A stretch of DNA of 64,000 nt, from the NCBI GenBank assembly GCA_965203355.1, contig OZ241889.1, forward strand, positions 736,001 through 800,000, read 5' to 3'. A program made the translations under genes and the position numbers. The DNA is from Candidatus Latescibacterota bacterium (GTDB lineage Bacteria; Latescibacterota; UBA2968; UBA8231). Shown here piece after piece: positions 1 to 10,295 of this stretch. Within the stretch, counting starts at the first letter, position 1. Each line of letters opens with the position of its first letter. The notes below the pieces were generated by a model. It saw nothing but the letters and a program-made list of their open reading frames with translations. It was not told the origin of the DNA and made no database searches.

Positions 1-651
<651 letters not shown>

Positions 652-740
652 CCGCGCCTTTGGGGGCTTTTACCTCGCTTTAAGCGAGACAGTACATACA
701 AGACCCTGCGACTTAGGTTGGAAGCAGAAAGGCGGAACGC

Positions 741-1286
741 ATGTTTGAGGAAGTCTGGAGAGCCTACGGAGAAAACGAGTTAAGCCACAGCGCCGCGCAC
801 CACTTGATGGCAATCCACGAGCTGCGCCGGGAGTACGGCTATGCCCGCGTCTCGGATATCGCCAAGCACCTGAGCATTACCAAAGGTAGCGTCTCGACGG
901 CCATGAAGCATCTCAAGGAGCGCGGCTACGTGCAAGAGGATCCCAACCGCTTCCTCGAACTTACCGAACAGGGCCTGAAGGTCGTGCAGGAAACCGAGGC
1001 CACGCGCCTAGTGGTGCAGCGTTTCCTCGGAGACGCCCTCGGCATGGACGAGGACGATGCCATGATCGACGCCTGCAAAGTTGAGCACCTAATCAGCAAT
1101 GAGGCGCGGCAGCGGTTGGTCTGCTTTTTGCGCGTGTTGTTTTCGGAAAAATCTTCGGCCAACGAGTTTCTCCAGATGTTCCGCGATGGTGCTCTATCGT
1201 GTCGCGATGGCGATGTGGAATCGTGTTCCGTCTGCGAGGACATCTGCTACGGCTACCGCACCATTGCCTTGGCGGAGAGCGAGTAA
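741..1286 (+). CDS. DtxR/MntR-family metal-dependent transcriptional regulator with Cys-rich tail
   Basis: wHTH ARVSDIAKHLSITKGSVS; dimerisation-domain motif DACKVEHLIS; C-terminal CSVCEDIC. Confidence 0.85.
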   Translation: MFEEVWRAYGENELSHSAAHHLMAIHELRREYGYARVSDIAKHLSITKGSVSTAMKHLKERGYVQEDPNRFLELTEQGLKVVQETEATRLVVQRFLGDALGMDEDDAMIDACKVEHLISNEARQRLVCFLRVLFSEKSSANEFLQMFRDGALSCRDGDVESCSVCEDICYGYRTIALAESE

Positions 1287-1315
1287 ATCCCAAGCCTATA
1301 CAGCGTTAGCGATCT

Positions 1316-1340
1316 GGCCGGGCGGCGTCCGGCCTTTTTT
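1316..1340 (+). terminator. Rho-independent terminator
   Basis: GGCCGG-gcggcgt-CCGGCC hairpin followed by T6. Confidence 0.7.
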
Positions 1341-1351
1341 GTGAGCGGACC

Positions 1352-2314
1352 ATGCTGGATTTTCTACAGCGGCAATTTCTGCCCGTTGGTCTGTTGGGCG
1401 GGGCTGTGGTGGGATTCTTCTTTCCCCGTCCAGGCCTCTACATGGCCGAACTGCCCACTCAGTACGTTGCGGTCAGCCTCATTTTTTTTCTTTCGGGGCT
1501 GATGCTGAAAACCGACGAAGTACACGCGGCTCTCGCTGCGTGGAAAGCGATGTCTTGGGGGTGTATTTCGATTCTCTTCGCCACGCCCTTTCTCGGTGCG
1601 GCGATCGCGTTCCAACTCCCGATGGAACCTGCCTTCCAATTTGGTCTGGCCCTGTTCTGCTGCATGCCGACGACCCTGACTTCGGGCGTGGCGCTGACGG
1701 CGCAGGCCCGAGGCAATGTTGCGCTCGCCCTGCTTTTGACCGTGATGACCAATATCGCCGGCATTTTCACAGTGCCCTTCGTGTTGGCGCATCTTCTGAG
1801 TTCCCTAGGCCAAGTCGAGCTTTCGGCTGGCGATCTGTTCGCCAAACTCTGTCTTTCGATCTTGCTGCCTTTGGGCGTCGGCAAGTACCTGCGGCGCTTC
1901 GCTGTCGATTGGGTCAACGCCCAGCGCTCGCGGTTGACTTTGGCCAGCAACGCCGCACTGATCTCGATTCCGTGGATGAAATTCAGCGAGTCTGCTGGAC
2001 AACTAGCCCAGATAGAGCCGGTGGATTTGCTGATTCTGGTGGCGTCTGGCTTGGCAATTCACGCGCTCTACCTGCTGCTCAATGGCGGTGCTTGTGCGCT
2101 TTTGCGGCTCAAAGCGGCGGTGCGCAAGGCCGTTGTGCTGATGGCGAGCCAGAAGACCTTGCCGGTGGCGATGACAGTGCTGGCATTTTTGCCGGATTCG
2201 GCGGTGTCGCCCGAGCAGAAAGGATTGATAGCAATCCCTTGTATTGTGTTTCACCTAGGGCAGATTTTCATGGATGCAGTTATCGCGACGCGGTGGGGAA
2301 CGAAACAAAGATAG
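1352..2314 (+). CDS. Bile acid:sodium symporter (SBF-like/BASS) family transporter
   Basis: Multi-TM protein; CMPTTLTSGVALT...GNVALAL and SQKTLPVA motifs. Confidence 0.88.
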   Translation: MLDFLQRQFLPVGLLGGAVVGFFFPRPGLYMAELPTQYVAVSLIFFLSGLMLKTDEVHAALAAWKAMSWGCISILFATPFLGAAIAFQLPMEPAFQFGLALFCCMPTTLTSGVALTAQARGNVALALLLTVMTNIAGIFTVPFVLAHLLSSLGQVELSAGDLFAKLCLSILLPLGVGKYLRRFAVDWVNAQRSRLTLASNAALISIPWMKFSESAGQLAQIEPVDLLILVASGLAIHALYLLLNGGACALLRLKAAVRKAVVLMASQKTLPVAMTVLAFLPDSAVSPEQKGLIAIPCIVFHLGQIFMDAVIATRWGTKQR

Positions 2315-2364
2315 GAACGGCTGTGGTCGTAGAGGTCACAGCCGCTTTGTGTAGACAGGCCGCC

Positions 2365-2865
2365 TTAAAAGAGATTGAGCTGAGGAGAAATCGCGCCTTC
2401 GAGGGCGAGTAACGCCCTCTTGATCGGCAGGCCTCCGGCGTACCCGACCAGCTTGCCGTTGCTGCCAACCACGCGGTGACAAGGCACGACGATTGGCAGG
2501 GGATTCTTACCGTTGGCCAAGCCGACAGCGCGGACCGAGCTTGGGTTGCCGATGCGGTGCGCTAGCTCCAAGTAGGAGATCGTCTCGCCGTAGGGAATCT
2601 CCGCGAGTGCCGCCCAGACTTTGCGCTGAAACGCCGTTCCTTGGGGGTTGAGCGGCAGGTCGAAGCTGCGTAGATGACCGGCGAAGTAGGAATCGAGCTG
2701 ATCGGCGACCGGATAGGGCAAGGCCGCCACGGCCTGCCAAGCCGGCGGCGGGGTAAAGTCGCGCTCTTTGAACTGAATGTGTTGCAAGCTAGTAGAGTCG
2801 CCGGCTAGAAGTAACTCGCCGATGGGGCTATATATAATAGTATAGAGCAAGTCGTCAGCGGACAT
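2365..2865 (-). CDS. ogt: Methylated-DNA--protein-cysteine methyltransferase
   Basis: GTAFQRKVW, IPYGETISY and active-site PCHRV; start placed at MSADDLL (2865). Confidence 0.95.
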   Translation of the reverse strand: MSADDLLYTIIYSPIGELLLAGDSTSLQHIQFKERDFTPPPAWQAVAALPYPVADQLDSYFAGHLRSFDLPLNPQGTAFQRKVWAALAEIPYGETISYLELAHRIGNPSSVRAVGLANGKNPLPIVVPCHRVVGSNGKLVGYAGGLPIKRALLALEGAISPQLNLF

Positions 2866-2872
2866 AGCGATC

Positions 2873-4123
2873 CTAGTGCGATTCCCCCAGTGCCTGAAAG
2901 TCCGTCCCGGTCGGCTCCTGAAAGACTCGCAGATCAAAGGCGGGCACAATGGCGAAGATGTGGTCGAAAATGTCGGCCTGAATCGCCTCGTAGTTGGCCC
3001 AGATTTTATCCTTGCAAAAGACGTAGATTTCGAGGGGCAGCCCCTTGGAAGTCGGCGCTAGCTGACGCACCAGAAAGGTCATCTCTTGGTTGATCTGCGG
3101 ATGGTTTTTCAGGTACGCCTGCACGTAGGCGCGAAAGGTGCCGACATTGGTCATGCGCCGCCCATTTACCAGATGCGAAAGATCTACTTGGTTGAGCTCG
3201 TTGTATTGGGCTAGCTCTTTCTTTTTGCGCTCAATGTGGGCGGTGATGTACTGAATCTTGGCGAAGCGGGCGAGCATTTCCTCGTCGCAAAACTTGATGG
3301 TGCTGACGTCGAGACAGATTGCCCGCTTGATCCGCCGCCCGCCCGAGTCTTGCATCCCGCGCCAGTTTTTGAACGACTCGCTGATCAGCGCGTACGTGGG
3401 GATCGTCGTGATGGTCTTGTCCCAGTTTTGCACCTTGACCGTCGTCAGCGTTATGTCGATCACGTCGCCGTCGGCCCCGTATTGGGGCATTTCAATCCAG
3501 TCGCCATAGGCGACCATGCGATTTACCGAGATCTGGATGCCAGCGACCAGCCCGAGTATCGAGTCGCGGAAGACCAAAAGCAGCACCGCGGTCATCGCCG
3601 TCAGGCCGCCGAGCAAGTAGAGCGGCGATTGGCCGATCAGGATTGAGACGACGAGAATGCTGCCGAGCAAAAAGAGGATGATCTTGAGGAATTGCAGCAG
3701 CCCCTTGATGGAGATTTCTTGCGCGGTCCTAGTGCTGTGGTAGATGCTGCCGCCCGCGTTTATCAATGCCTCAATGGCCAGTAAGCCGGAGAGCACCAGA
3801 TAAACATGCGCCGCGGTCTGAATAATTTTGACGGAAACGGGATGGCCCTCTAAGGCCATCGGCCCTAGGTAGTAGAAGATGAGACCGGGGACTAGATGGG
3901 CCAGCCGGTGCAGAACTCGGCACTTGATTAGGGCGTCGTCGTAGGGAAAATCGGTGCGGTGAATGATGGCGGCGATCCCGCGGAGCAGCGGTCTTCTGGC
4001 CAAGCGATGAGCGAGCCAAGCGACGAAGGCCACCATAGCCAAGGCGACCAGTGCGGCGAGATCTTCACTGAGATCTTTGCCGAGGCCCCATCCGAAAAAT
4101 TGGCTACGCAGTGCGTTGAGCAT
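2873..4123 (-). CDS. MscS-family mechanosensitive channel (YbdG/MscM-like)
   Basis: GDWIEMP..GADGDV.DI.LTTVKVQNWDKTI; FKNWRGMQDSGGRRIKR; YEAIQADIFDH. Confidence 0.93.
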   Translation of the reverse strand: MLNALRSQFFGWGLGKDLSEDLAALVALAMVAFVAWLAHRLARRPLLRGIAAIIHRTDFPYDDALIKCRVLHRLAHLVPGLIFYYLGPMALEGHPVSVKIIQTAAHVYLVLSGLLAIEALINAGGSIYHSTRTAQEISIKGLLQFLKIILFLLGSILVVSILIGQSPLYLLGGLTAMTAVLLLVFRDSILGLVAGIQISVNRMVAYGDWIEMPQYGADGDVIDITLTTVKVQNWDKTITTIPTYALISESFKNWRGMQDSGGRRIKRAICLDVSTIKFCDEEMLARFAKIQYITAHIERKKKELAQYNELNQVDLSHLVNGRRMTNVGTFRAYVQAYLKNHPQINQEMTFLVRQLAPTSKGLPLEIYVFCKDKIWANYEAIQADIFDHIFAIVPAFDLRVFQEPTGTDFQALGESH

Positions 4124-4183
4124 CTATTGTTAAAAAAAGATGGCGGCTAAGGTGGCTCGTAGAGGAGGACAGGGAAAGTCTCG

Positions 4184-4675
4184 TTACTCTGGAACGGATA
4201 GAGCTGAAGGAAAATCGGCGAACAGGGTCGATTGCTCTTGTTCACCGCCATAAGAATAAAAGATCAAACGACCTCCTTCGTCGACGAGCCAGAACTCCTG
4301 GGCACCCCGAGCCAAGTACAAATCCTTCTTGGCCAACATCTCGCCAATGGAGTTGGAGGGTGAGCGGATTTCGCTGCATAGTTCCGGTGCTTGGAGATAG
4401 GGCGTATCCATTCCGTGGCGGGCGAAGAAAGCGTCCGAACCCCAAGCTACATCGGCGACTTTGACGCCTTGGCTGGTCTGGACCGAGCACTCGGTCAGAA
4501 CGCGCCCCGCTGTTTTCTGTTGCATCAGTGTGAAGACGATGAGGACTTGGATATGGCCGTGTTTGTTTGAGGCAGGCGTCATGGTGATGTGTCCCCATTC
4601 GTTTAATTCGATCTTGAAGGGTAGGTCCTGCAGGGCCTTGTTTTGGCACACTTCAGTCCAGTTCATGGATGCCAT
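4184..4675 (-). CDS. Uma2/DUF820 family PD-(D/E)XK-fold protein
   Basis: KIELNEWG.I.MTPA, VKVADVAW, APELCSEIRSPSN, GAQEFWLVD. Confidence 0.88.
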   Translation of the reverse strand: MASMNWTEVCQNKALQDLPFKIELNEWGHITMTPASNKHGHIQVLIVFTLMQQKTAGRVLTECSVQTSQGVKVADVAWGSDAFFARHGMDTPYLQAPELCSEIRSPSNSIGEMLAKKDLYLARGAQEFWLVDEGGRLIFYSYGGEQEQSTLFADFPSALSVPE

Positions 4676-4776
4676 GCTCCGATTGAGGTAATATCATAGA
4701 GGGAAGATAGCCTACCTCCGCAGCGAACTCAACCCCGCCGGTCCCATCAAGGCGGAAATGCACTACCACATACATA

Positions 4777-4880
4777 GACCGAGGCGGCCTCTGGTACACT
4801 TTGGCCTTGGGCACCTCGGGGGGCTTAGTATCTTCATCGGTGCTGGTGGTGTTGGTCGTGCCGCTATGTCTGATCGGGCG
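4777..4880 (+). pseudogene. Relic of the last TM helix of an RND/AcrB-type permease
   Basis: Manual translation DRGGLWYTLALGTSGGLVSSSVLVVLVVP resembles AcrB-family TM12 (GGLxxSTxLTLxVVP); no start and no upstream body. Confidence 0.45.
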
Positions 4881-4884
4881 CGGC

Positions 4885-6039
4885 TCACTCGGGGCTGGTG
4901 GCGATGCCGTATAGGGCTTCGCCAATAAAATCGCGCCGCCACCCGCGCAGGAGGCGATGATCTTTGGGCGTGGCTGCGCCTCCGTCGAGGATGAGGTTGC
5001 GCACTTCGGCCCGGGCCGCGACAAAGGGCGCGTCAATCTGCGCCGCGTCGCTTTGCTGGCGCAAGTGGTCCATAGACCGGGCGAGTTTGCGTTCGACGGT
5101 CTCTTTGTCGAGTTGCGGTTGGCTCGGGCACTCGGCGTCAAATAGCGATAGCTGGGCCGGCCGAAGTTGCGGTTGGTGTGGGCACTCGGCGTCGGGGACG
5201 GCCAGGCCACGGCGAATCTGTTCGAGCAGATAGCGGTCGTAGCGGTGATTGCCGAGTGTTCTGAGCCGGCCCAGTTCTCCCAGCGACCGAGGCTTGTGCC
5301 GGGCTAGTAACACGAGCGTTTCGTCCGTCAACACGTGATTGCGCGGCAGGTCGCTGCGCCGCGCTTCCTCTTCGCGCCATGCGGCCAACTCGCGGAGGAT
5401 GGCCAACTCGCGCCGGGAAACGCGCCCCGTGCCCTTGATCCGCGTGAATTGCTCGCGTGGATCCCGCGCCTCGTATAGCCGCGGGTCGTCGTACGTGGCC
5501 ATCTCCTCGGCCAGCCAAGTGCTGCGACCAATTTCTTCGACGCGCGCCTGCAACACCTTGCGCGTCTCGTGCAAATAGCGCACGTCCTCAATGGCGTATG
5601 CTAGCTGGTCTCTGGAAAGCGGGCGGCGTACCCAGTTGGTGCGCGTCTCGGTTTTGTCGAGGATCACGCCGAGGGTTTGCGCCAAAAGCTCGGCCAGCGA
5701 AGAAGTAGAGCTCATATTGGCAAACCCGGCGGCGCAGCGAGTGTCGAAGATGTTGCGAGGAAAAGCTCCTGTGACCCGGCGCAAAATAGCCAAGTCTTGT
5801 TGGGCGTCGTGGAGAATCAGTTCGATCTCGGCGTGTTCTAACAGGGCACCAAGAGGCGAGAGGTCCGCAATCGCCACCGGGTCAATTAGGTGGCAGTCGT
5901 CGCCAGCGAGGGCTAGTTGGATCACGCCTAACTGGGGATAATAGGTGCGGTTCCAAACGAATTCAGTGTCTAGGGCAACGCGCTCGCAGCTTAGGGCGTA
6001 CGCGACGAGTTCAGCCAGTGCTTCTGCGGTGCGGATCAT
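4885..6039 (-). CDS. rnd: Ribonuclease D (DEDDy exonuclease plus HRDC)
   Basis: VALDTEF..RTYYPQL, LHDAQQDL, IFDT, NWVRRPLS, YAIEDV; HRDC WREEEARRSDLPRNHVL. Confidence 0.92.
   Translation of the reverse strand: MIRTAEALAELVAYALSCERVALDTEFVWNRTYYPQLGVIQLALAGDDCHLIDPVAIADLSPLGALLEHAEIELILHDAQQDLAILRRVTGAFPRNIFDTRCAAGFANMSSTSSLAELLAQTLGVILDKTETRTNWVRRPLSRDQLAYAIEDVRYLHETRKVLQARVEEIGRSTWLAEEMATYDDPRLYEARDPREQFTRIKGTGRVSRRELAILRELAAWREEEARRSDLPRNHVLTDETLVLLARHKPRSLGELGRLRTLGNHRYDRYLLEQIRRGLAVPDAECPHQPQLRPAQLSLFDAECPSQPQLDKETVERKLARSMDHLRQQSDAAQIDAPFVAARAEVRNLILDGGAATPKDHRLLRGWRRDFIGEALYGIATSPE
5111..5193. repeat. 29-bp imperfect direct repeat (period 54 bp) inside rnd
   Basis: 5111-5139 vs 5165-5193, 3 mismatches; encodes DAECP(H/S)QPQL twice. 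Confidence 0.85.
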
Positions 6040-6102
6040 GCGTCTGAAGGCATCTTAAGAAGTGATAATCAATGCAGAGGTTAGCAACATAAGACGAGGG
6101 CT

Positions 6103-7440
6103 TTAAGATGACAAGCGCCAGAAGCGACGCACGGGGGTTTGCTCGCGGTAACCGGCCAGCCGAGTGCTGAGCAGCCAAGCCGCAACAAATGCGAGTTGGA
6201 CCGCACATAGATAGAAAAGCGGCCCCCGCGGACCAAGCAGCGCAGCAGACCATTGGAAACAAGCCCCCCCGACGATGCCGCCGACAAAACCGCCCAGCGC
6301 CGAAGCGTACATCGCCAAGGAGAATCCCTCGGCTTGGTGTTCTTTGGAAACGGCGTCGATCATCGCCCGCGATTGTCCCATCTGATAGCCGCCGTCCAGC
6401 ACCCCCCAGAGCAGGTAAACGCTCCCCGCCCAAAGTGCAATCCACGGGAATTGTGTCGGCAGAAAAAGCCACGCGGGTGCCAGGGCCGCTTGCAGCAACA
6501 GGGTGATGGTCAGCGGTCCGCGGGGGCCGTGCCGGTCGACCATCCGCCCCCAGCCATGCAGCCCGATCACATAGCCGAGGGCTTGTACTGGCGTCATCCA
6601 GACGAAGTAGCTAACAGGCAGCCCCCCGTCCGTGAGTGCCACGACCCACAGTGGGAAGGTGGCCGCTAGCACGGCCGTGCGGGCCATAATGAAGAGCGAG
6701 TAAGCGCGGATCGGGGGCGCGGCTAATGCTTGGCGCAAGCGGCGAACTAGACCTTGGCCGGGCGGGGCCAGCGGTTGCTCCGCTACTGCGCGCACCAGGA
6801 AGGCTCCACCGCAGGTGGAGAAAACCGCCAGAGCGAAGAGCGGACCGAAGTCGTCGGCTGTGGGTTGAGAGCCGAGATACCAGCCGATCAGGATGGGCAA
6901 GACGAGTTCGAGCAGACGCTGCTGAAGGCGCATGCGCGTGAGAAAGGCACCGACCCCGCTGCTAGCGGTGTTGTCTTGGACTAGGGGCCACCAAGTGGTG
7001 TTGCCCGCTTGCTGCGCGATACCACGTGCGCTAAACAGGGCTAGGCCGATCCAAGCAGCCCAAACCCCGTTCGCGCCATAGAACGCCAACAGTGCCAGTG
7101 CCAGCCCGGCCGGCAACGAACAAAGCCTACCCCAAAAGAAGAGCCCGGCCTTCCCGGTGCGGGGCATGAGTTGCAACCCGACGACCCGCCCCATCTTCTG
7201 GAGATACTCGCTGGTGGCGACTAAGCCGATGAGAAAAGGCGAAGCATTGAGCGAGAGAAGAAAGAGGGGGACGATGGACGTGAGGAGAGCGTTGTTGATC
7301 GAGCCGCTAACGGCGATGCCGATCAGCCGCGACTGGCTGCGGCGACGAGCGGCGGGGGAAAGTCTGTGAGTGGAGCTTACCGTGTCGCTTGGGGTGTCGG
7401 GCATAAATAACAAGAAAAGATCGGCAGTACGTCCGGGCAA
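6103..7440 (-). CDS. MFS transporter (start may be about 7404)
   Basis: About 12 hydrophobic segments; motif-A-like WGRMVDRHGPR. Confidence 0.8.
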   Translation of the reverse strand: MPGRTADLFLLFMPDTPSDTVSSTHRLSPAARRRSQSRLIGIAVSGSINNALLTSIVPLFLLSLNASPFLIGLVATSEYLQKMGRVVGLQLMPRTGKAGLFFWGRLCSLPAGLALALLAFYGANGVWAAWIGLALFSARGIAQQAGNTTWWPLVQDNTASSGVGAFLTRMRLQQRLLELVLPILIGWYLGSQPTADDFGPLFALAVFSTCGGAFLVRAVAEQPLAPPGQGLVRRLRQALAAPPIRAYSLFIMARTAVLAATFPLWVVALTDGGLPVSYFVWMTPVQALGYVIGLHGWGRMVDRHGPRGPLTITLLLQAALAPAWLFLPTQFPWIALWAGSVYLLWGVLDGGYQMGQSRAMIDAVSKEHQAEGFSLAMYASALGGFVGGIVGGACFQWSAALLGPRGPLFYLCAVQLAFVAAWLLSTRLAGYREQTPVRRFWRLSS

Positions 7441-7494
7441 ATGGACCTACAGCCTACGATCATGGCTTGTGCGACCTAAATGGGCGTCGGCGCG

Positions 7495-7833
7495 GTGCTC
7501 GGCGAGCCAGCGCAAGGCGCGTTCGGTGCAGCGGGCGTCGAATCGCCCGCGCCCGCTCGTCCAAGCTCGCCGGGTTTGTCGCGCAAGGGCGGTCGAGCGC
7601 GGATGCGGCCGACGCCATCGGCCCCGTGCAACGGCTCAATTTCCTCGGTAAATCCGTGGTCTGTGAAGTGCAGCTTACCGATCCTGTTCGCGCAGGCACT
7701 GATGCTAGGAGACGGGTGCGCCAGCGCCCAGTAGCGGCCAGTCCTCGCGTGCGGCCAAGGCGTCCCTAGCAGCCGCTGGCGATCCGGTGGTGTGCTGGTC
7801 GGCCAAGATGAAGCGGAAGTTGCGCGGCTTCAC
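7495..7833 (-). pseudogene. Internally deleted sulfatase relic
   Basis: GTG overlaps the upstream stop; fragments VKPRNFRFILADQH, DALAAR, IGKLHF..GFTEEIEPLH and, after a frameshift, RALRWL; no CxPxR. Confidence 0.7.
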
Positions 7834-9308
7834 GGTGCCCCAACGACTTTGTCTGAGCGGATCTGGGGCGGCACCGGATAGTGCAGGCCGCGTTGACCCG
7901 AGAGGTCGAGATTGGGGCGGGGTGCCCACTGTTGGTCGGGCAAGCCGACGAGTTGACCACCTTTAACCCAGGCTTCGTCGCCGCCGTAGAGTTCGTCGAC
8001 GAGGTGCTCGCTGAGCTGAGCTTGGATTGCGGCGTGGTCGGGCGAGCCAGCTAGGTCGTTCAGTTCGTTGGGATCGCTTTCGAGGTCGAAGAGTTGGACG
8101 CGGTTGCCCACTGGATAGTAGATCAGTTTGTGTTGCCCGGCGCGGATCATGCGCGTGGCGGTCGGCCCTTCGCCGCATTCGCCGTAGAGATAACTGCGCC
8201 GTTGTGCGCCGACCATCGACAGCCCCTCGACGGTGTCGGGAATGTCGATGCCCGCGAGGTCGAGTAAGGTCGGCATGACGTCCTGCCAGCCGACGAGCCG
8301 GTCGTCGATCGCATGGTGCGGTACGCGTCCATCCCGGCCTCCGAGCAAGATCATCGGCACATTGGCTGACGGCTCGTGGTAGAGCCGCTTGGCCCAGAGG
8401 CCGTGGTTGCCGAGCATGTCGCCGTGGTCGGCTGTGAAGCAAATGATGGTATTGTCGATCAGCCCCTCCTCGCGCAAGGTGCCGACGACCACGCGAAGCT
8501 GGTGATCAATCTGGGTGCAAAGCGCGTAGAAGGCGCGGCGAATGCGCAAGACTTCCGGCCCCTTGAGGTGGGCGTTGGCCCCCTGATTGACTTTGAGCGC
8601 GTAGGGCAGATCGCCAAAGTCGCGTGCCCAAGCACCGCAGTGCGGCGCGGCGATGTCGATGTCGCGGTAGAGGTCGAGATAGCTCTGCAAGGGCACCAGC
8701 GGCGGATGCGGATGGCGGAAGGACAGGTACCAGAAGCCGGGCCGGGCCGGATTGCGCCGCTTAATCATCCGGCTCATTTGGCGCGCCGCCCAAGTGGTGG
8801 GGTGGCAGTCTTCGGGCAAGTGATAGGGGCGGAAGGCGTATTCGTTGTTGCTCATGCCGTGGGCAAAGCCCATGCCCGCATGGCCTTGGTCGGTGAGGAA
8901 GATCTCGTAGTCGTCAACCGCGCCCAAATGCGGCCGGCCCTCTTCGTCGAGGATCACGTCGTCAAAGCCAATGCGATCGCGCTGGGGATAGACGTGGAGC
9001 TTGCCAACGGCATAGGCTTGGTAGCCGGCGTTGCGGAAGGTCTGCGCCACGGTCGGTAGGTCGGGCATGGGGGCGGTTGTTTTGAAGACCCGGTCGCCGT
9101 GGGTGCGCGGCGAAGTGCCCGTCATCAGGGTGCGGCGAGCCGGGATGCAGACCGGGCACTCGCTATAAGCGTTGACAAAGCGGGTGCCGCTGCGGGCAAG
9201 TGCGTCGAGGGTGGGAGTAAGAATGGCGGGATGGTTGGCTTCGCCCAAGAGAGAAGCGGACCAATGGTCGGTGGAAATCAGGAGGACGTGCGGTCTGTCG
9301 TGTGCCAT
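7830..9308 (-). CDS. Formylglycine-dependent sulfatase (choline-sulfatase-like)
   Basis: ISTDH, TPTLD, CIPARRTLMTG (CxPxR), GKLH, ADHGDMLG; start MAHDRPH after RBS GAGGAG. Confidence 0.95.
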   Translation of the reverse strand: MAHDRPHVLLISTDHWSASLLGEANHPAILTPTLDALARSGTRFVNAYSECPVCIPARRTLMTGTSPRTHGDRVFKTTAPMPDLPTVAQTFRNAGYQAYAVGKLHVYPQRDRIGFDDVILDEEGRPHLGAVDDYEIFLTDQGHAGMGFAHGMSNNEYAFRPYHLPEDCHPTTWAARQMSRMIKRRNPARPGFWYLSFRHPHPPLVPLQSYLDLYRDIDIAAPHCGAWARDFGDLPYALKVNQGANAHLKGPEVLRIRRAFYALCTQIDHQLRVVVGTLREEGLIDNTIICFTADHGDMLGNHGLWAKRLYHEPSANVPMILLGGRDGRVPHHAIDDRLVGWQDVMPTLLDLAGIDIPDTVEGLSMVGAQRRSYLYGECGEGPTATRMIRAGQHKLIYYPVGNRVQLFDLESDPNELNDLAGSPDHAAIQAQLSEHLVDELYGGDEAWVKGGQLVGLPDQQWAPRPNLDLSGQRGLHYPVPPQIRSDKVVGAP

Positions 9309-9524
9309 CGGCTCCTCTTGTGTAGCAAAGACCAGACCCGGCAGATGCGTGGTCGGTGGCCCCGAGCTAAGGGTAAAGCTGCCATAACCGGCGGCAAGGA
9401 CCTTTCTCATTGGCAAATAAAACGCAATTTGTTCCTGGTCTCAAGGGCGGTGGACAGGATGGGCACAAGTGGGGTTGTGAGCAGGTGTCCCTAAGTATAT
9501 CTTGGGCGCAAAAGGAGGAGGTTT

Positions 9525-9839
9525 ATGCAATCAAACGAAACCATTTCGCCAGAGGTGGGGACGCAGTTGCTCTTTGAGAATGAGCGGGTGCGGGTTTGGG
9601 ATTTGCGGTTGGCTCCGGGCGAGAGCACGGGCCTGCATCGGCACGAGCACGACTACTTATACGTAGTTATTGGCGATGGCCGATTGCAGGCAGCCGATGC
9701 AGAGGGAAACCGCAGGGAGGCTAGTGAAATGAAGGATGGGGACGTGCGGTTTAGCGAAATTGAAGGGGAGGCAGTACACGAAGCGTTTAACGTCGGCGCT
9801 GGGCCGTGGCGGAATATCGTCGTCGAATTGAAGGACTGA
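9525..9839 (+). CDS. Cupin-domain protein
   Basis: LLFENERVRVW.L.LAPGE...HRHEHDY...VHEAFNVG; RBS AGGAGG. Confidence 0.88.
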   Translation: MQSNETISPEVGTQLLFENERVRVWDLRLAPGESTGLHRHEHDYLYVVIGDGRLQAADAEGNRREASEMKDGDVRFSEIEGEAVHEAFNVGAGPWRNIVVELKD

Positions 9840-9863
9840 AGCCGACCAACTCAAGGAGCGAAG

Positions 9864-10295
9864 ATGATCCTAAGAAAACTTTTGTTTGGTCCACCCCCCT
9901 CGGCCGGCATGGGCAATTCACTGGGGCTGCTGCTGTTGCGGGCGTCCGTTGGCGGCATGATGTTGCTCGGCCACGGCTGGGGAAAATTGACCAGCTTTGC
10001 GGAGCGTTCCTCCTCGTTTCCCGACCCCTTGGGCGTTGGCTCATCGCTGAGCATGGCCTTGGCCACCGGTGCCGAGGCGTTTTGCGCCCTAGCGGTGATT
10101 TTGGGATTCGCCACCCGCTGGGCTACCGTGCCGCTCATGGTCACCATGCTAGTGGCCGCGCTTATCGTACACGGGGCCGACCCGTGGGCGAAAAAGGAGT
10201 TCGCGCTGTTGTACTTTTTCCCCTTTGCCGCGCTGTTTCTAACAGGCGCGGGGCACTATTCTCTCGACGCCTTGTTGCGGCGCGGGGCGCGTTAA
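9864..10295 (+). CDS. DoxX-family membrane protein
   Basis: LLLR...GHGWGKL, FPDPLGVG, KEFALLY, GAGHYSLD. Confidence 0.92.
   Translation: MILRKLLFGPPPSAGMGNSLGLLLLRASVGGMMLLGHGWGKLTSFAERSSSFPDPLGVGSSLSMALATGAEAFCALAVILGFATRWATVPLMVTMLVAALIVHGADPWAKKEFALLYFFPFAALFLTGAGHYSLDALLRRGAR

Noticed and set aside
712-732. DtxR box upstream of the regulator
   Set aside because: Only a half-site (TTAGGTT) without the dyad partner.
4184-4675. Uma2 gene as a defence nuclease
   Set aside because: Standalone Uma2/DUF820 genes are common, and no partner gene or flanking repeat was found.
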